Source of the DNA: Lama guanicoe
Lineage: Eukaryota
Length of the DNA stretch: 64,000 nucleotides
Assembly (NCBI GenBank): GCA_013239625.1
Contig: MU056116.1
Coordinates: forward strand, 124,001 to 188,000
Reading direction: 5' to 3'
Shown: positions 1 through 11,154 of the stretch, one piece after another
Position numbering within the stretch: the stretch's first letter is position 1
Layout of the letters: every line of letters starts with the position of its first letter
Program-made: the position numbers and the translations under genes
Notes under the pieces: generated by a model
Seen by the model: the letters and a program-made list of their open reading frames with translations, nothing else
Databases searched by the model: none
Told to the model about the DNA's origin: nothing

Positions 1-169
1 TCTGTGGTCACCACTGGGCAGCAATGGGGCTGGACCCGCCCCTGCAGTGACAGGTGGCTGTGACACAACTCACACTGTAAAATCCAACCCCTACCGCTTG
101 TCCCACGCAGACGTTACGTACAGACCACGGCTCACGGGTGATGCACACAGGTGCATCCTTGCGGCAGAT

Positions 170-906
170 TTCCAGGAACACTGACAGCAAATCACAGACT
201 CACAGGCTGAAATCACCACCATCTACTCTCACAGTTTGATTGATTCTCAATTGGAAGTCCGAGTCCAGCTGGGTGGACCGTCTCTCCAGGCCTGTGGAGG
301 GGAGCAGGGTGTCTGCGGGGCCGTGTGTCTTTCTGGAGGATTGAGGTCCCTGCCTCCCTGCTGGCCATTGCTCCCAGGGGCTGGACGTTGCTCCCAGGGG
401 ACTGGACGTTGCTCCCAGGGGCTGGACGTTGCTCCCAGGGCACTGGACGTTGCTCCCAGGGCACTGGACGTTGCTCCCAGGGGACTGGACGTTGCTCCCA
501 GGGGGCTGGACGTTGCTCCCAGGGGACTGGACGTGGCTCCCAGGGGCTGGACGTTGCTCCCAGGGAACTGGACGTGGCTCCCAGGGGCTGGACGTTGCTC
601 CCAGGGGACTGGACGTTGCTCCCGGGGCTGCTCACAGTCTTGGTGCTCCAGCGTGGCTTCCCCTCCAGCCACAGGGCTGGAGCCTCTCCCTTCGTCTCTC
701 TCCAGCCTCCCCTGCTGGAGAAACTTCTCTGCTCTAAGGGCCTGTGTGATTAGCGGGCCTGCCTGTGTCATCCTGGATAATCTCCCTATTTTAAGGGCCG
801 TAATCCTAATCACAGTGGTGAGTTCCTTTGGCTGTAAAACATAGTATATTCACAGACTCCAGGGATCAGAGGGTGAACATCTTTGGGGGGGCGTGGATTC
901 TGCCTC
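170..906 (-). mobile_element. MaLR LTR (MLT1-like), interrupted by the minisatellite
   Basis: MLT1-type motifs: ctcacagtt...ggaagtcc, ggataatctccctattttaagg, atattcacagactccagggat...catctttgggggg. Confidence 0.65.
368..630. repeat. Minisatellite, 20/21-bp unit TTGCTCCCAGGGG(A)CTGGACG, 12 full copies plus a partial
   Basis: Directly visible tandem array. It explains the repetitive ORFs (PWEQRPV, LDVAPRG, WTLLPG). Confidence 0.95.
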
Positions 907-1159
907 CAGCGGGCTTGAGGGGAAGATTTTATGGACCTCACAGATGTGAGCTAGGAAAAACATTATTTCCAAGTTGAACATGGCCTGTAAGTTTCCTCCA
1001 ACGTTCGGATCTTTTCTTCAGGTTCTTGTAGCTGTGGCTGCCCCCAGGGAGTGGGGGTGGGTCGCTCAGAGAGAAGGGGGGCGGGCGGCCACTTTTCACC
1101 GTTTTCTCTTTTGCAGTTTTTGACTTAATCCATAGCAAGTATCACCTGTTTAAATACTG

Positions 1160-1296
1160 CTTTTTATTTGTTTATTTTTTGTGGGGGGAGAGGAGGTGAT
1201 CAGGTTCATTTATTTAATGGAGATAGTGGGGACTGAACCCCAGGCCGTCATGCATGTGCTAAGCATGCACTCTACCACTGAGCTAGACCTCCTCCC
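1160..1296 (-). mobile_element. tRNA-derived SINE (camelid Vic-1-like)
   Basis: Reverse complement reads GGGAGGAGGTCTAGCTCAGTGGTAGAGTGCATGCTTAGC...GGGTTCAGTCCCC...AAATAAATGAACCTGAT...A-rich tail, with pol III A and B boxes. Confidence 0.85.
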
Positions 1297-1528
1297 TTAA
1301 AAATTGTTTCTTAAATGCCACCATCCCCATGGCCATTATCCATTTCTCATTATCAACGCCTGCCTCCCCCCGCCCTGGAGGACCCCCACCCCCGACTCTG
1401 ACTGCTATTTGGAACTGAAAGCTATTCGCTTTCATAAAAACTGCAGCCTCTGCTGGAGAAGGGGGTGCTGTTGAATTGTTTCATAACCATTAGGATACTG
1501 GTTCTTACATTTATTTAAAAAAATCACT

Positions 1529-1771
1529 GAGGTAGGGGGAGGGATAAATTAGGAGTTTGGGATTAACATATATGCACTACTATATACAAAACAGATAAAT
1601 AACAAGGTCCTACTGTATAGCACAGGGAACTATATTCAATGTCTTATAATAATCTAAAATGGAAAGGAATCTGTAAAAGAATATATATGTATATATAATT
1701 GAATCACTTTTCTGTAAACCTGAAACTAACACAACATTGTAAATCAACTGTACTTCAATAAAAAAAAATGT
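1529..1771 (+). mobile_element. 5'-truncated L1 3' end with target-site duplication
   Basis: gggataaattaggagtttgggattaac...ctactgtatagcacagggaactatattcaa...cttcaataaaaaa. TSD AAAAAAATCACT at 1517-1528 and 1774-1785. Confidence 0.9.
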
Positions 1772-1794
1772 AAAAAAAAATCACTTAGGGAATA

Positions 1795-1885
1795 TGTTGG
1801 AAATGCAAGTTCCGAGGCTTTATTTAGGACCCCTGGAGATTCTGATGCAGGTGGCCCATGGACCCCACTTTTAGAAATGTTGCTT
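1795..1885. mobile_element. MER5-like hAT-Charlie fragment
   Basis: gaaatgcaagttcc...gattctgatgcaggtggcccatggaccccactttt. Confidence 0.55.
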
Positions 1886-2779
1886 AGATGAGTGAGGATT
1901 TCACCCCGATCCCCAGTTAGCTGGGAGACTGGACAAAGTCTTAACGTCTTACCATCACCAGGGCTCAGTTGCCTTACCTGAAACTCTCGGGCTAAAATAA
2001 AGTTGGTGCCTATGAACCGGGGACGGACTCCAGCCGCAGAGCACAGGGGCTCGGAACTGCCGGTCTGTGATTACATTTCACTTATACTCACATGTGCTGT
2101 TGCGGGAGATGGGGGCACCCAGGACCCACAAGCACCCCTCTGGGCCACATCCTCTGGCCCAGAATCCCATCAACAGCTCTGGAAGCCAGGCACATGGGTC
2201 GTTTCCTCTGAAGTGAGTTTCCCAGGATACAGTTGTCCCTCTTCACGTATAAGCGTCAGTGTCACCTCCATCCCTCACACAGAAACACGTCAACAAAGCC
2301 CAAACTCCAGCGATATTGACGCCAGCACGATCCTCCGTCTCTGAGGGCCAAAGAAACAGCTGGCACTGGATCCCACATTGATGGGACGTGGTTGAAAGTG
2401 ATTTCAGTGTCCTGATGAGATCCTAGCCCCATTTATCAGTCTAGTGGAAGCCAAAATAAAGAAGGCTGGACTGGGACCTTCTCAGGCACAGTCATCTCCT
2501 GCTCAAGAGAAGCGCCGGCCTGAAAGTTGCCAGATGGAGCAGCATGTTCCTGGGTGGAAGGATTCAGCCCTCAGCATCCTGGGAAAAACACTTCTTACCA
2601 TCTCTCAACAGAGGCAGTCACTCAGGAGCTTTGTTCCTTTTCCACGGTAAGCACTCTTGCGGGGGACAGTCCCCCAGAACCCAGGCCAACCTGCTTTAAG
2701 CTGCTGTCAGCAAAGAACAGTTGTGGTTCCCACAAAATCCCAGGAGCTTCCTGCTGACCCCGTCCCGGCCTCTTGCTGC

Positions 2780-3035
2780 TCCACACGCCACGCCTCCGTT
2801 CCCGCTGTTCCCTGTACCTGGATGTCCTCCCCAGGTCTCTGCATGGCTGTGACCTCGCTTCAGGTTTTGTCCCAATTTCATCTTATCAGAGAGGCCTTCC
2901 TGGACCACCCTTTCTAGAACATAAGCTCCAGCGGGCAGAGGATTTGGTGCAGTCTGTTCACTGCTGTAACCCCAGCACCTGGTGAGTGAGCAGCCTGGCG
3001 TGGTTGTGAGCTAAATGAGTGCTGAACGGATGAAC
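2780..3035 (+). mobile_element. L2 3' fragment
   Basis: gctgttccctgtacctggatgtcctcccc...agagaggccttcctggaccacc...taagctcc...gttcactgctgtaaccccagcacct. Confidence 0.7.
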
Positions 3036-3322
3036 CGTCCTCTAGGAAGACAAGAAAAGTGAGGCAGAAAGGGGTTGGGTAGCTTTTCCAAAGCCTCTGA
3101 CGAGCCACGCGCCCGGGCCAGGCGGCAGAGGCGCAGGTGTGGGGAGGGGCACGCTCTTGCTTGGAGAAGGGCACCCTCCAGGCTGCTGGCTTAGCCGGGA
3201 GGACAGGTGGAGGGCGGAGCGACAAAGAGCAATCTGGAAACACTGGCTTTTAAATAAACCAGGGGAGCTGACTGCTGCCAGGGTTTAAGAAGGTGAGCGA
3301 ATGTTCGAATTAATAACTTTTG

Positions 3323-3540
3323 CAAATGTTAGATGTTAGCCCCTATCTATAAAAATAGATTTTTAAAAAATTTCTTCTGTACAGCACAGGCAATTATGTT
3401 CAATATCTTGTAATAATCTTTAATGAAAAAGAATATGAAAATGAATATATGTATGTATATGCGTGACTGGGACACTGTGCTGTACGCCAGAAACTGACAC
3501 ATTGTAACTGACTGTACTTTAATTAAAAATTTTTTAAAAA
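3323..3540 (+). mobile_element. 5'-truncated L1 3' end with TSD
   Basis: ctgtacagcacaggcaattatgttcaatatcttgtaat...ccagaaactgacacattgtaactgact. TSD AATAACTTTTG at 3312-3322 and 3541-3551. Confidence 0.88.
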
Positions 3541-3901
3541 AATAACTTTTGTAATGGAAAGAGACAGGCTGGGGGATTCTTAACAGAGTGGTTTAAAACT
3601 TGAAGAAAACTTAGGGAGCCATTTGCCACATTTCCCCATTTTAGGAGGTTTAAAACTGGCCCCTGGAGGAACAAAGTTACTGGTCCAAGTTAGCCAACCA
3701 GTAAAGAAAGGACCAAAACCAAGATTGTTTTAACTCCCAACACGGTGCTGTTTGTTTTTCTATGATGCATTGAGGTTTTTCCAGCTTTGAATCCAACGCC
3801 TGCAATCCTTTGTTCTAGGAGAGATGCATACAATTCTTTACAAAAAAAAAAAAAACAGCGCTTGCCACTGAGATGAACGGTGCTGGCCCTCTGACGTGAC
3901 C

Positions 3902-4340
3902 TGTATTGGTTTTCTACTGTTGTGTGAGAAACTGGCCCTGACTCAGCAGCTCACAGCAGCCCTGTTTCTTCTCTCATAGTTCCCATGAGGGACAGGTGGG
4001 CTGGGTTCTCTGCTCAGGGTCTCCCCAGGTTGAACTCAGGGTGTTGCCATTAGGGGTGGCAAAGCCACAGGGTCCTTCTCCAAGCTCCCTGGTTGCTGGC
4101 AGAACCCAGTAACAAAGCTGAAGGCCCAGACCCAGGGTTTCTGGCTGGCTGGCTGTCAGCTCCCGCAGGCCTCCTCGGGGCCTAACCTTGTGGTCTTCTT
4201 TTGACAGGACAGGTGGCTGTTCTCACAGCTGTCTGCTTCTTCCAGGCCGGACAGAGAGTCACATGACCACCTTGTCACATGATGTGATCAAGCATCCATC
4301 CTCCTCCCCACCCTCACATGTTCACCAGGAGGGGTGACAC
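3902..4340 (-). mobile_element. MaLR LTR (MLT1-like), degenerate
   Basis: tgtattggttttctactgttg...ctctcatagttc...gctgggttctctgctcagggtctc...gttgctggcagaacccagt. Confidence 0.6.
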
Positions 4341-6859
4341 CCGGGCCTGCGGCAGGGGGCCGGTCACCCCCAGTGGACGTGCACAAGCTATTTATTTTAA
4401 TAAAAAGAAAGTTTGTTTTTCAAAGACATAGATGCTTCATTGTTATCCCCACCCTGTAAGACTCACATGAAAACTAAACACTTAATGTAGAAAAAAGGAG
4501 AAAGATCAAATGAAAGGAAGAAGAGAAAAACGAGTTCACAGCATGTGATTGACTTCTGGCCCCCTTCTGGTTTCCTGACGGGTCTGTGCGGCTTCTTGCG
4601 TCTGCGTCTCTGAGCTCGCCACATCTTCAGCGCGAGGCCAGCCGGGCACCCTGCGGCGGCGCAGCCCGGCGTCAGCCCTCTCCTTCCCCGATGCTGCGTC
4701 CGGAGTCCCTTCAGCTCAATTCCTGCGTGACTTCTGAGAGAAGATTCTGCACAGGCACTTGTGAAGCCCTCCAGGTGAAACTTCAGGTCGTTCGCAGCCG
4801 TCCGACCACATTTCATGTGGATGTTATGCAGACCCCTCTTTGAACCTGAATCTATTGACTCCCCACCAGAAACGGTATGTTTGGAATGTGATTTTGTTTT
4901 GTATCATCCACATCCCCCACTGTCGGCCTGGCACACACAGCTCTCAGGGCAGCTCAAAGCTTTTCTTTTCAAAAACCCGTTAGCACCGCATTTGCCTGGA
5001 AGGCTTCCTGAGCCCTCGCTGGTCCCGGTCCGTCCTCCCTGCTCCTGGGGGCCCCTCCTCCCCGGGCTGACCTCAAGCCTCCTTCCCTGGTGGAGGCCCC
5101 GAGGGGGAGGAAGATGGGTAAAATCAAAGGGCTTCTGAAAACTTCTTTGTTCACTTTGATGTTTTGGAAATTCCATGATGAAGGAATACAAAGTTCTTTT
5201 GTTTCTAGAGCCTTAATTAATGAAGAATCACCAGGAGGCAAAACTGAGGGATTAAATCAACAAATCCCAAATCAGGGAAGCTGATGCTCTGGCGACCTGT
5301 TTATTTATTCAGCCTGCGTGGTGTTTGGGACTCACTTCCATAAACCCTCTTACAAGCGGGGAAGTCCTCCCTGGAGACTGGTTTATGTGAGAGAAGGGAA
5401 GGACAGCCTGCGCTCCTGTCCCGGCCTCAGGGGCATTTCTTTGATGCCAGTGCCCTGGCTCCGCGCCCCAGGGTCATGTTGCCATTGCCTGACCTTCAGC
5501 TGATGACACAGCTTGTCACAGCAAACGCCCCGCCCACCCCAGCCCGCTAAATAGCGCAAGTTGGAAACAACTACGGTGGTTCGTGCTCATCTCTAAGAAG
5601 AAGCAGGATTTCTGTTAAGAAGTGGCCTTGTGCTACAAGGCTATTCTGCCATAATCTCCAGACAAATTATTCTCTTGGAATAAGAAGTCATGCGTTTAGA
5701 AAGTTCAAGGGCTTGTGGAGAGCAGCTCCTATAAATCCATAACAGGACGATTTTTATGGCATCGGTCTGGATTTATAATAAAAGAAAAACAAACCTCTAA
5801 TTCTCAGAATGCTTAGGGATTTGATGCTCTGGTTAATTTCGTTTTCAGGGACACAAAAGCCAGTCTCAGCCTTTGCTTCAGTGCTGGTTGTTGAAAACCT
5901 TTCTAAAATGTAATGGTTGGAAAACCGGAAGAGACTCCCCTTGTGAAAAGGAAAACGTGGTTAATTCTCTTGCTCTACAAGCTCATTGGGCTGAGGAGGA
6001 GCATGCTGAGGACTTTTGCGGTATGTTTGGGGCTGTCTGCCCAGCCCCAAAAGGGTGCTTTTCCCTGTCCTGCCCTGGTGAGCTCTGGCCGTGCTGGTGA
6101 AAAATGACCTTGGCCTCTGGCCGCAGTGGAGTGGGCGCTGGCCCAGGAGGCCCCTTCAGAACCTTTCCTCTGGGAATTTGGGAGCAGGACGCATAGCAAG
6201 AGCTCGGTCTCTCCCAGTAGCTGGAATCAGCAGCATGGGAACTCGGGGGCTGGGGGCCGTCAATCTCTCTACACGATGTGAACTAAGGAGCAGAGGAAGG
6301 CAGACTGTTAGGGAGAAAGATTGGAATAAAGGTGAAAGGTGGAAAGTGTCCTCACCCTGGTCCCGGCTCTAGGTCTTCCTAGGCCCAAGGGCATTTCTGC
6401 CTTTAGCTTCAACAGGCCCCCCTTCTAGCCTTCGAGGAAATCGCCCCTTTCGGCTGAAGTTAGCTCCAGCTGCCTGATGTCACTGGCGTCCCAAGGAGAC
6501 AGAGCCCAGTCCCTGAAGCTGCCGTGCTGACTGCTGGTCCCCCAAGCGGCCTGGCTTTACCTCCTCTTTCTCGTCCTCTGTTCTGTTCTGGTTCCTCCAT
6601 CTCTCATCATCCAGGCAGGAAACTGGGATACCACCATCAATGGCTCCCTCTGTCCCAGAGCCAATCACACGCCAGGACCCCCAGATTTGTCCTCTCTCCA
6701 TTTCTTCCTGTGCCAACTTAAATTTTTTTCTTTTTAGTTTGAGATAATTATATGTTCATATGCAGCTGCAAGAAATAATACAAAGAGATCTTATAAATCT
6801 TTCACCTGTTTCCCCCAAAGTAGCATCTGGCCTAACAACGGTGCAGTACCTCAGCCAAA

Positions 6860-7135
6860 TGGTACAACATGGCGCTGATACACAGAGACACAGAGGAGAA
6901 GATGGTGGGAAGACGGAGGCAGAGGTTGGAGTGATGCTGCTGGAAACTGAGCAAGGCTGTGGCTGCCCGAGGCTGGAAGAGACAAGGATTCTCCCCTGAA
7001 GCTCACAGAAGCACAGCCCTGCTGACACGTTGACGGCAGACTTCTGTCCTCCAGAACCAGGAGAGAACAGAAGTCTGCTGTCTTAGCCATTTTGTTGTGC
7101 TGGTTTGTTACAGCAGCCCTGGGGAATTAATACTA
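6860..7135 (+). mobile_element. MLT1-like LTR fragment
   Basis: gacacagaggagaagatgg...gaggcagaggttggagtgatgc...acaaggattctcccctga...tttgttacagcagccctggggaattaatac. Confidence 0.8.
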
Positions 7136-7351
7136 ACCTTATTTCGATTTCCTCATTTGTGAAACGCCGTTTTGTGCAATTTTGTTTTGTGTGTAGATTC
7201 ACTTGACTGCCACAGTCGAGACCCGGGAAAACTCCATCCCAGGGACCCCTCGTGCTGCCCTGCCCCTCCACAGCCACTCCCTCCCTTTACCCGCCCTCCG
7301 CCCAGGCAGTCTGTTCTCCATCTCATTGTGAGGGTCAAGAATGCGATGGTC

Positions 7352-7469
7352 GGGGGAGGGGACAGCTCAGTGGTAGAGAGAATGCTTGAGCATGCACAAG
7401 GTCCTGGGTTCAGTCTCCAGTGCCTCCATTAAACTAAGTAAATAAACCTGATTGCTGCCCCCCACCCAA
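7352..7469 (+). mobile_element. tRNA-derived SINE (Vic-1-like) with TSD
   Basis: GGGGGAGGGGACAGCTCAGTGGTAGAG...GGTCCTGGGTTCAGTCTCCAG...AAATAAACCTGATT. TSD AAGAATGCGAT (7337-7347) and AAGAATGCAAT (7470-7480). Confidence 0.9.
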
Positions 7470-10400
7470 AAGAATGCAATAGGAATGGACTCCCCCAGTG
7501 TGTAACCTTTGAGACTGGCCTTTTCCACTTGGCATGGTTCCCTTGGGATCCTTCCAAGTTGTCCTGGGTGCCAGCGGTCAGGTCCTTTCTACTGCTGAGT
7601 AAGAGTCCAAGGGGTGGACCTGTCACCACTTGTTAACCACTCACCTGTGAGGGACATTTTGGTTGTTTCAGTTTTTGGTTATGACAAATGAATCAACAGT
7701 GAACATTGATGCAGTTTTTAGGGTGACAAGAAGTTTTCGTTCCTCTGGAGTAAGTGCCCGAGAGCACAATTGCCAGGTTGTATGGTAAGCGTGTGTTTAG
7801 TTCTGCCACCCGCCGCCCGCGCTCTTTCCCAGAGCGGCTGGATGGTTTACGTTCCCACCAGCAATGTGTGAGCGACCTGGTTTCCTCCCATCCTCATCAG
7901 CATTTGGTCTTGTCACTATGTTTTGTTTTCGCCATGCTCAGTGTCTAGTTTCCCATCTGCATCCTTCTGGCCAGCCGCGTTGGGTATCTTTTCATGTGCT
8001 TGTTTGCCATCTGTGTGTCCTTGGCTGTGACATGTCTGTTTGCCCATTTTCTAATTAGATTGTTTATCATTTTTGCCAATGAGTTTTGAGGGCTCTCCAT
8101 TTATCCTAGATGCAAATCCTTTGTCAGAGAGCGGGTTTGCAAATATTTTCTCCCAGACTGCAGCTTGCCTTTTCAATCTATTAAGAGGGTCTTCTGCAAG
8201 GCGGATGCTTCTCATTTTGATGAGGTCTAACTTATTATCAGTTTTTCCTTTTATGGTTTGTGCTTTTGACATCAAGTCTAGGAACTGCTTAGTTCTAGAT
8301 CCTGAAGGCTTTCTCCTAGGTGTTTTTTTTCTAACAATTTTTATATCATACATTTAAGTCCACGATCCACTTTGAGTTACTTATATAAGGTGTGGCGTTT
8401 AGGTGGAGGTTTGTTTGGGGCTTTTTTGGTCCATGGATGCCCACAGTTGCTCTGTGCTGACTGTTAATAACTGGTCTCAGTCCTTTTATGGTTCCTTTTG
8501 CATTTCACTCCCATCGGAACCCCTTGCTCTGTGTGCGGGGTTGGGAGGATGTCAGAGGTTGGGGTGGAGGGTGGGATGGCATTCTTGGATCAAGTAACAC
8601 AAGATTCTACCCCTAATTCCTGCCAGCACCTGCCCTGCCCCCTTACCATTGTGAGAATAAAGTGAGGACATGCATGAGAAGCTAGTTTGCAACCAGACAG
8701 CCCTTGGCTGACCTGGGGAGCTGTCTGATGCTGGTCCCATGTGGTCAGCGTGATAATGGAACCCCACCGGGTCACTTAGAATCCTCTTGTATTTATAAAG
8801 CACATTTATCCTACAATGCTTTCACAAGCAGCCTGCCTTCGCTCTCACAGGTATTTATTTATTTGCAGTCAAAAATAGGGAGACTATTATTCACCCACTG
8901 TTTATTGAACATTTTATTTGTGCTCACAGTGAAAACAAGAGGGAAGATGGACACAGGAAGCCAGGTCAAAGCACAGGTACTGGAAAGGAATTGGAAGTGT
9001 GATCAGTTATTCTTTAAAAGTGCTTCTTCGGTAACTATAGGTGCTGAGCGTCAGGGGTCAGTGAGCTGCCCAGACAAGCAGGTGCCCCTGGGGGTCTGCT
9101 GACCTGAGTGAATTCTCTGCACCTGGTTTCCAGAAACCTGATTTTGTTATTGCCCTGAGGTGGTTCTGTCTCTCAAGGACAGACACAAGTTAACTAGACT
9201 CACAGAGACTGATGTATAAACCTGAGGCTGATGTATCCGTCAGTCAAGGGAGTTGTGACTGTCGAAGGGCTGGGGTGGCCTGTCTCAGCTTCCGGGGCTC
9301 ATTCCTCTGCAGGCTGGTCTCCAGGGCAGCTGGAGGACAGATGCTGCTCTGTCCAGGTAGAATGGAAACAAGGCGTGTCTGGGGATGTGGACGCTCTCTC
9401 ACCTGCTCCTGGGCAGCAAGCCAAGAACCCTTAGCCGAGCTCCCCTCCCCCCGGCGGGGCTGGCATGGCTCTGCTCACATCTGAGTCCAGATTTCTGTGT
9501 CAGACCAAGGGCTTTCTGTCTCTTACACGACTGAATACAATTGATGGGGTTTCTGTTGCTTCACTTAAAATCCCTTTCTGCCTTGCTTCCCCCGATATCA
9601 CTCACAGGTGGCATCCGACATGTCCCCCAGCTCATCGTGTCCCCCAGTTTGGGGGAGCCTCCAAGTTTGCCTCAGTGGCTGGTGACGTCCAGCGTATGGG
9701 TTTCACCGGCTCGACCCCAGGGTTTTGGGAAACCGCATCAGTGCAGCACCAAGTTCTGGCTACAGACCAAGACAGAGTTTCTATTAGGCTGGCACAGGGC
9801 TTCTGAAATGAAACACGGAGACTTTGGCGGGAGAAAGCTGGGTGCTTTGTAACAGCACCTTTTCTTCTCTTTCTGAGTGATTCAACTAAATGCCTTGTTC
9901 CAAAGCAGCAGCTCGTCAGCAAGAAGAGCTACACAGGCTGAGAGCACATGGTCCTGACAGACAGGAGGACCAGCCTGCCCCCGGGATGCCAGTAAGTTAC
10001 CTAGAGAACACATTTCCTTGTGGATGTCACATCAGGTGGGTGCTGGGCAGCTGAGGAGTACCTGCAGTTGTCCCCCAGTCCCAGCGGGCTGGCTCCTTGG
10101 AAGGCTTCACGCTACGAGGAACTCACATCCGATTAATGGTCACTTTCTGCCCGAGACAGGCATCCGCTCCAGCCTGGCTGTGGTCGTCTTTGCAGAGAAG
10201 GAAGCCCTTTCAAACACTCTTTCACAGACTTATCATTTCATTTAGAGCCCATAATCGCCCCAAAGGGCAGACAGTGTCCATCACGTGTGGGAAACCACGT
10301 GGCAAAATAAAAGACTGCCCAAGGTCACTCTCCGCTGAGACTAGAACCTGGCCTCCTGCACCGGGGGCCCAGGCTCCCGGAGGTGGGGGGAGGGGGCCTG

Positions 10401-11154
10401 TCTGCTCGGTGTGCCTGACCTTGACTTGACTGCAGGGTGACCGCAGAAGCGAATGTAATTTGCTTTGTCTACAGGGCCCTCCTGCTGTTTGGGACACACT
10501 TGTTGGTGGGTGTGGACGGGAGCTGGGGGCCGGGTGGGATGTTTGTGTCATCATAAAACGTCTTTGCAAATTATTCACCTTGTGAAACCTGCGTGGGCTT
10601 TAGCAGATAGATACTGAGATCGGGCCCCTCTTCTGCCAACACGAAGCCCTAAGAGAAGGTTTAAAATGGGGGTGGGGGTTCTGAACAGGCCTAGAGAAAG
10701 CTGGCCAAGGACCCTCAGGGCGGAGCCTCCACGGCCTCCTTCTCGGACTAATGGACCAGGGCCCTGGGGCCTCTCCCTTGCTCTTCCTCGGCCTTGAGCG
10801 GAGGGTCTAGAGTTACTCTGGGCCCTGAGCGGCTCCCCGCAGACACACGTGTTCTGTGCAGGCCTAACTCTTACCCATGTGCCTTCTGTGGACCCACACC
10901 TGAGCCCTCACACCTGAAAAGTCCCAGTGCACGTGACGAATCACACTGGCACACGTGTGTTGGGGAGGCGAGGGGGGCAGGATGGTGCTGGGAGGTGCAG
11001 GAGGCCGGCTCAGTCCACGCCTAGCAGCTTGTCATCTCTGGGCCCTTGTCCTTTCTTGGCCGGCCTGAGGATGGGCACCAGCTGGCTGCAGATCTGAGTT
11101 CAGAGGAAGCCCCTTCTCTTTGACCTGTAAGAGGCGTCATGAGGGATAAGAAAG

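Larger units (their letters stand above)
6720..8450 (-). mobile_element. Old L1M element (ORF2 end/3'UTR relic) with nested LTR and SINE insertions
   Basis: Typical antisense L1 text: acgttcccaccagcaatgtg, catcctcatcagcatttgg, ttgccatctgtgtgtcctt, tttgcaaatattttctcccag, atccactttgagtt. Also the decayed ORF 8051..8353 (WEKIFAN...SDKG). Confidence 0.8.

Noticed and set aside
213-844. Several 100-200 aa overlapping ORFs with repeated peptides; superficially CRISPR-like periodicity
   Set aside because: These are translations of the minisatellite. There are no unique spacers or cas genes, and the context is eukaryotic.
7352-7430. tRNA-like sequence (AGCTCAGTGGTAGAG...GGTTCAGTC)
   Set aside because: SINE head with tail and TSD, not an intact tRNA cloverleaf. 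The same applies to the copies at 1160 and 23846.
8051-8353. ORF resembling L1 ORF2
   Set aside because: Short decayed fragment of an old L1, not a functional gene.
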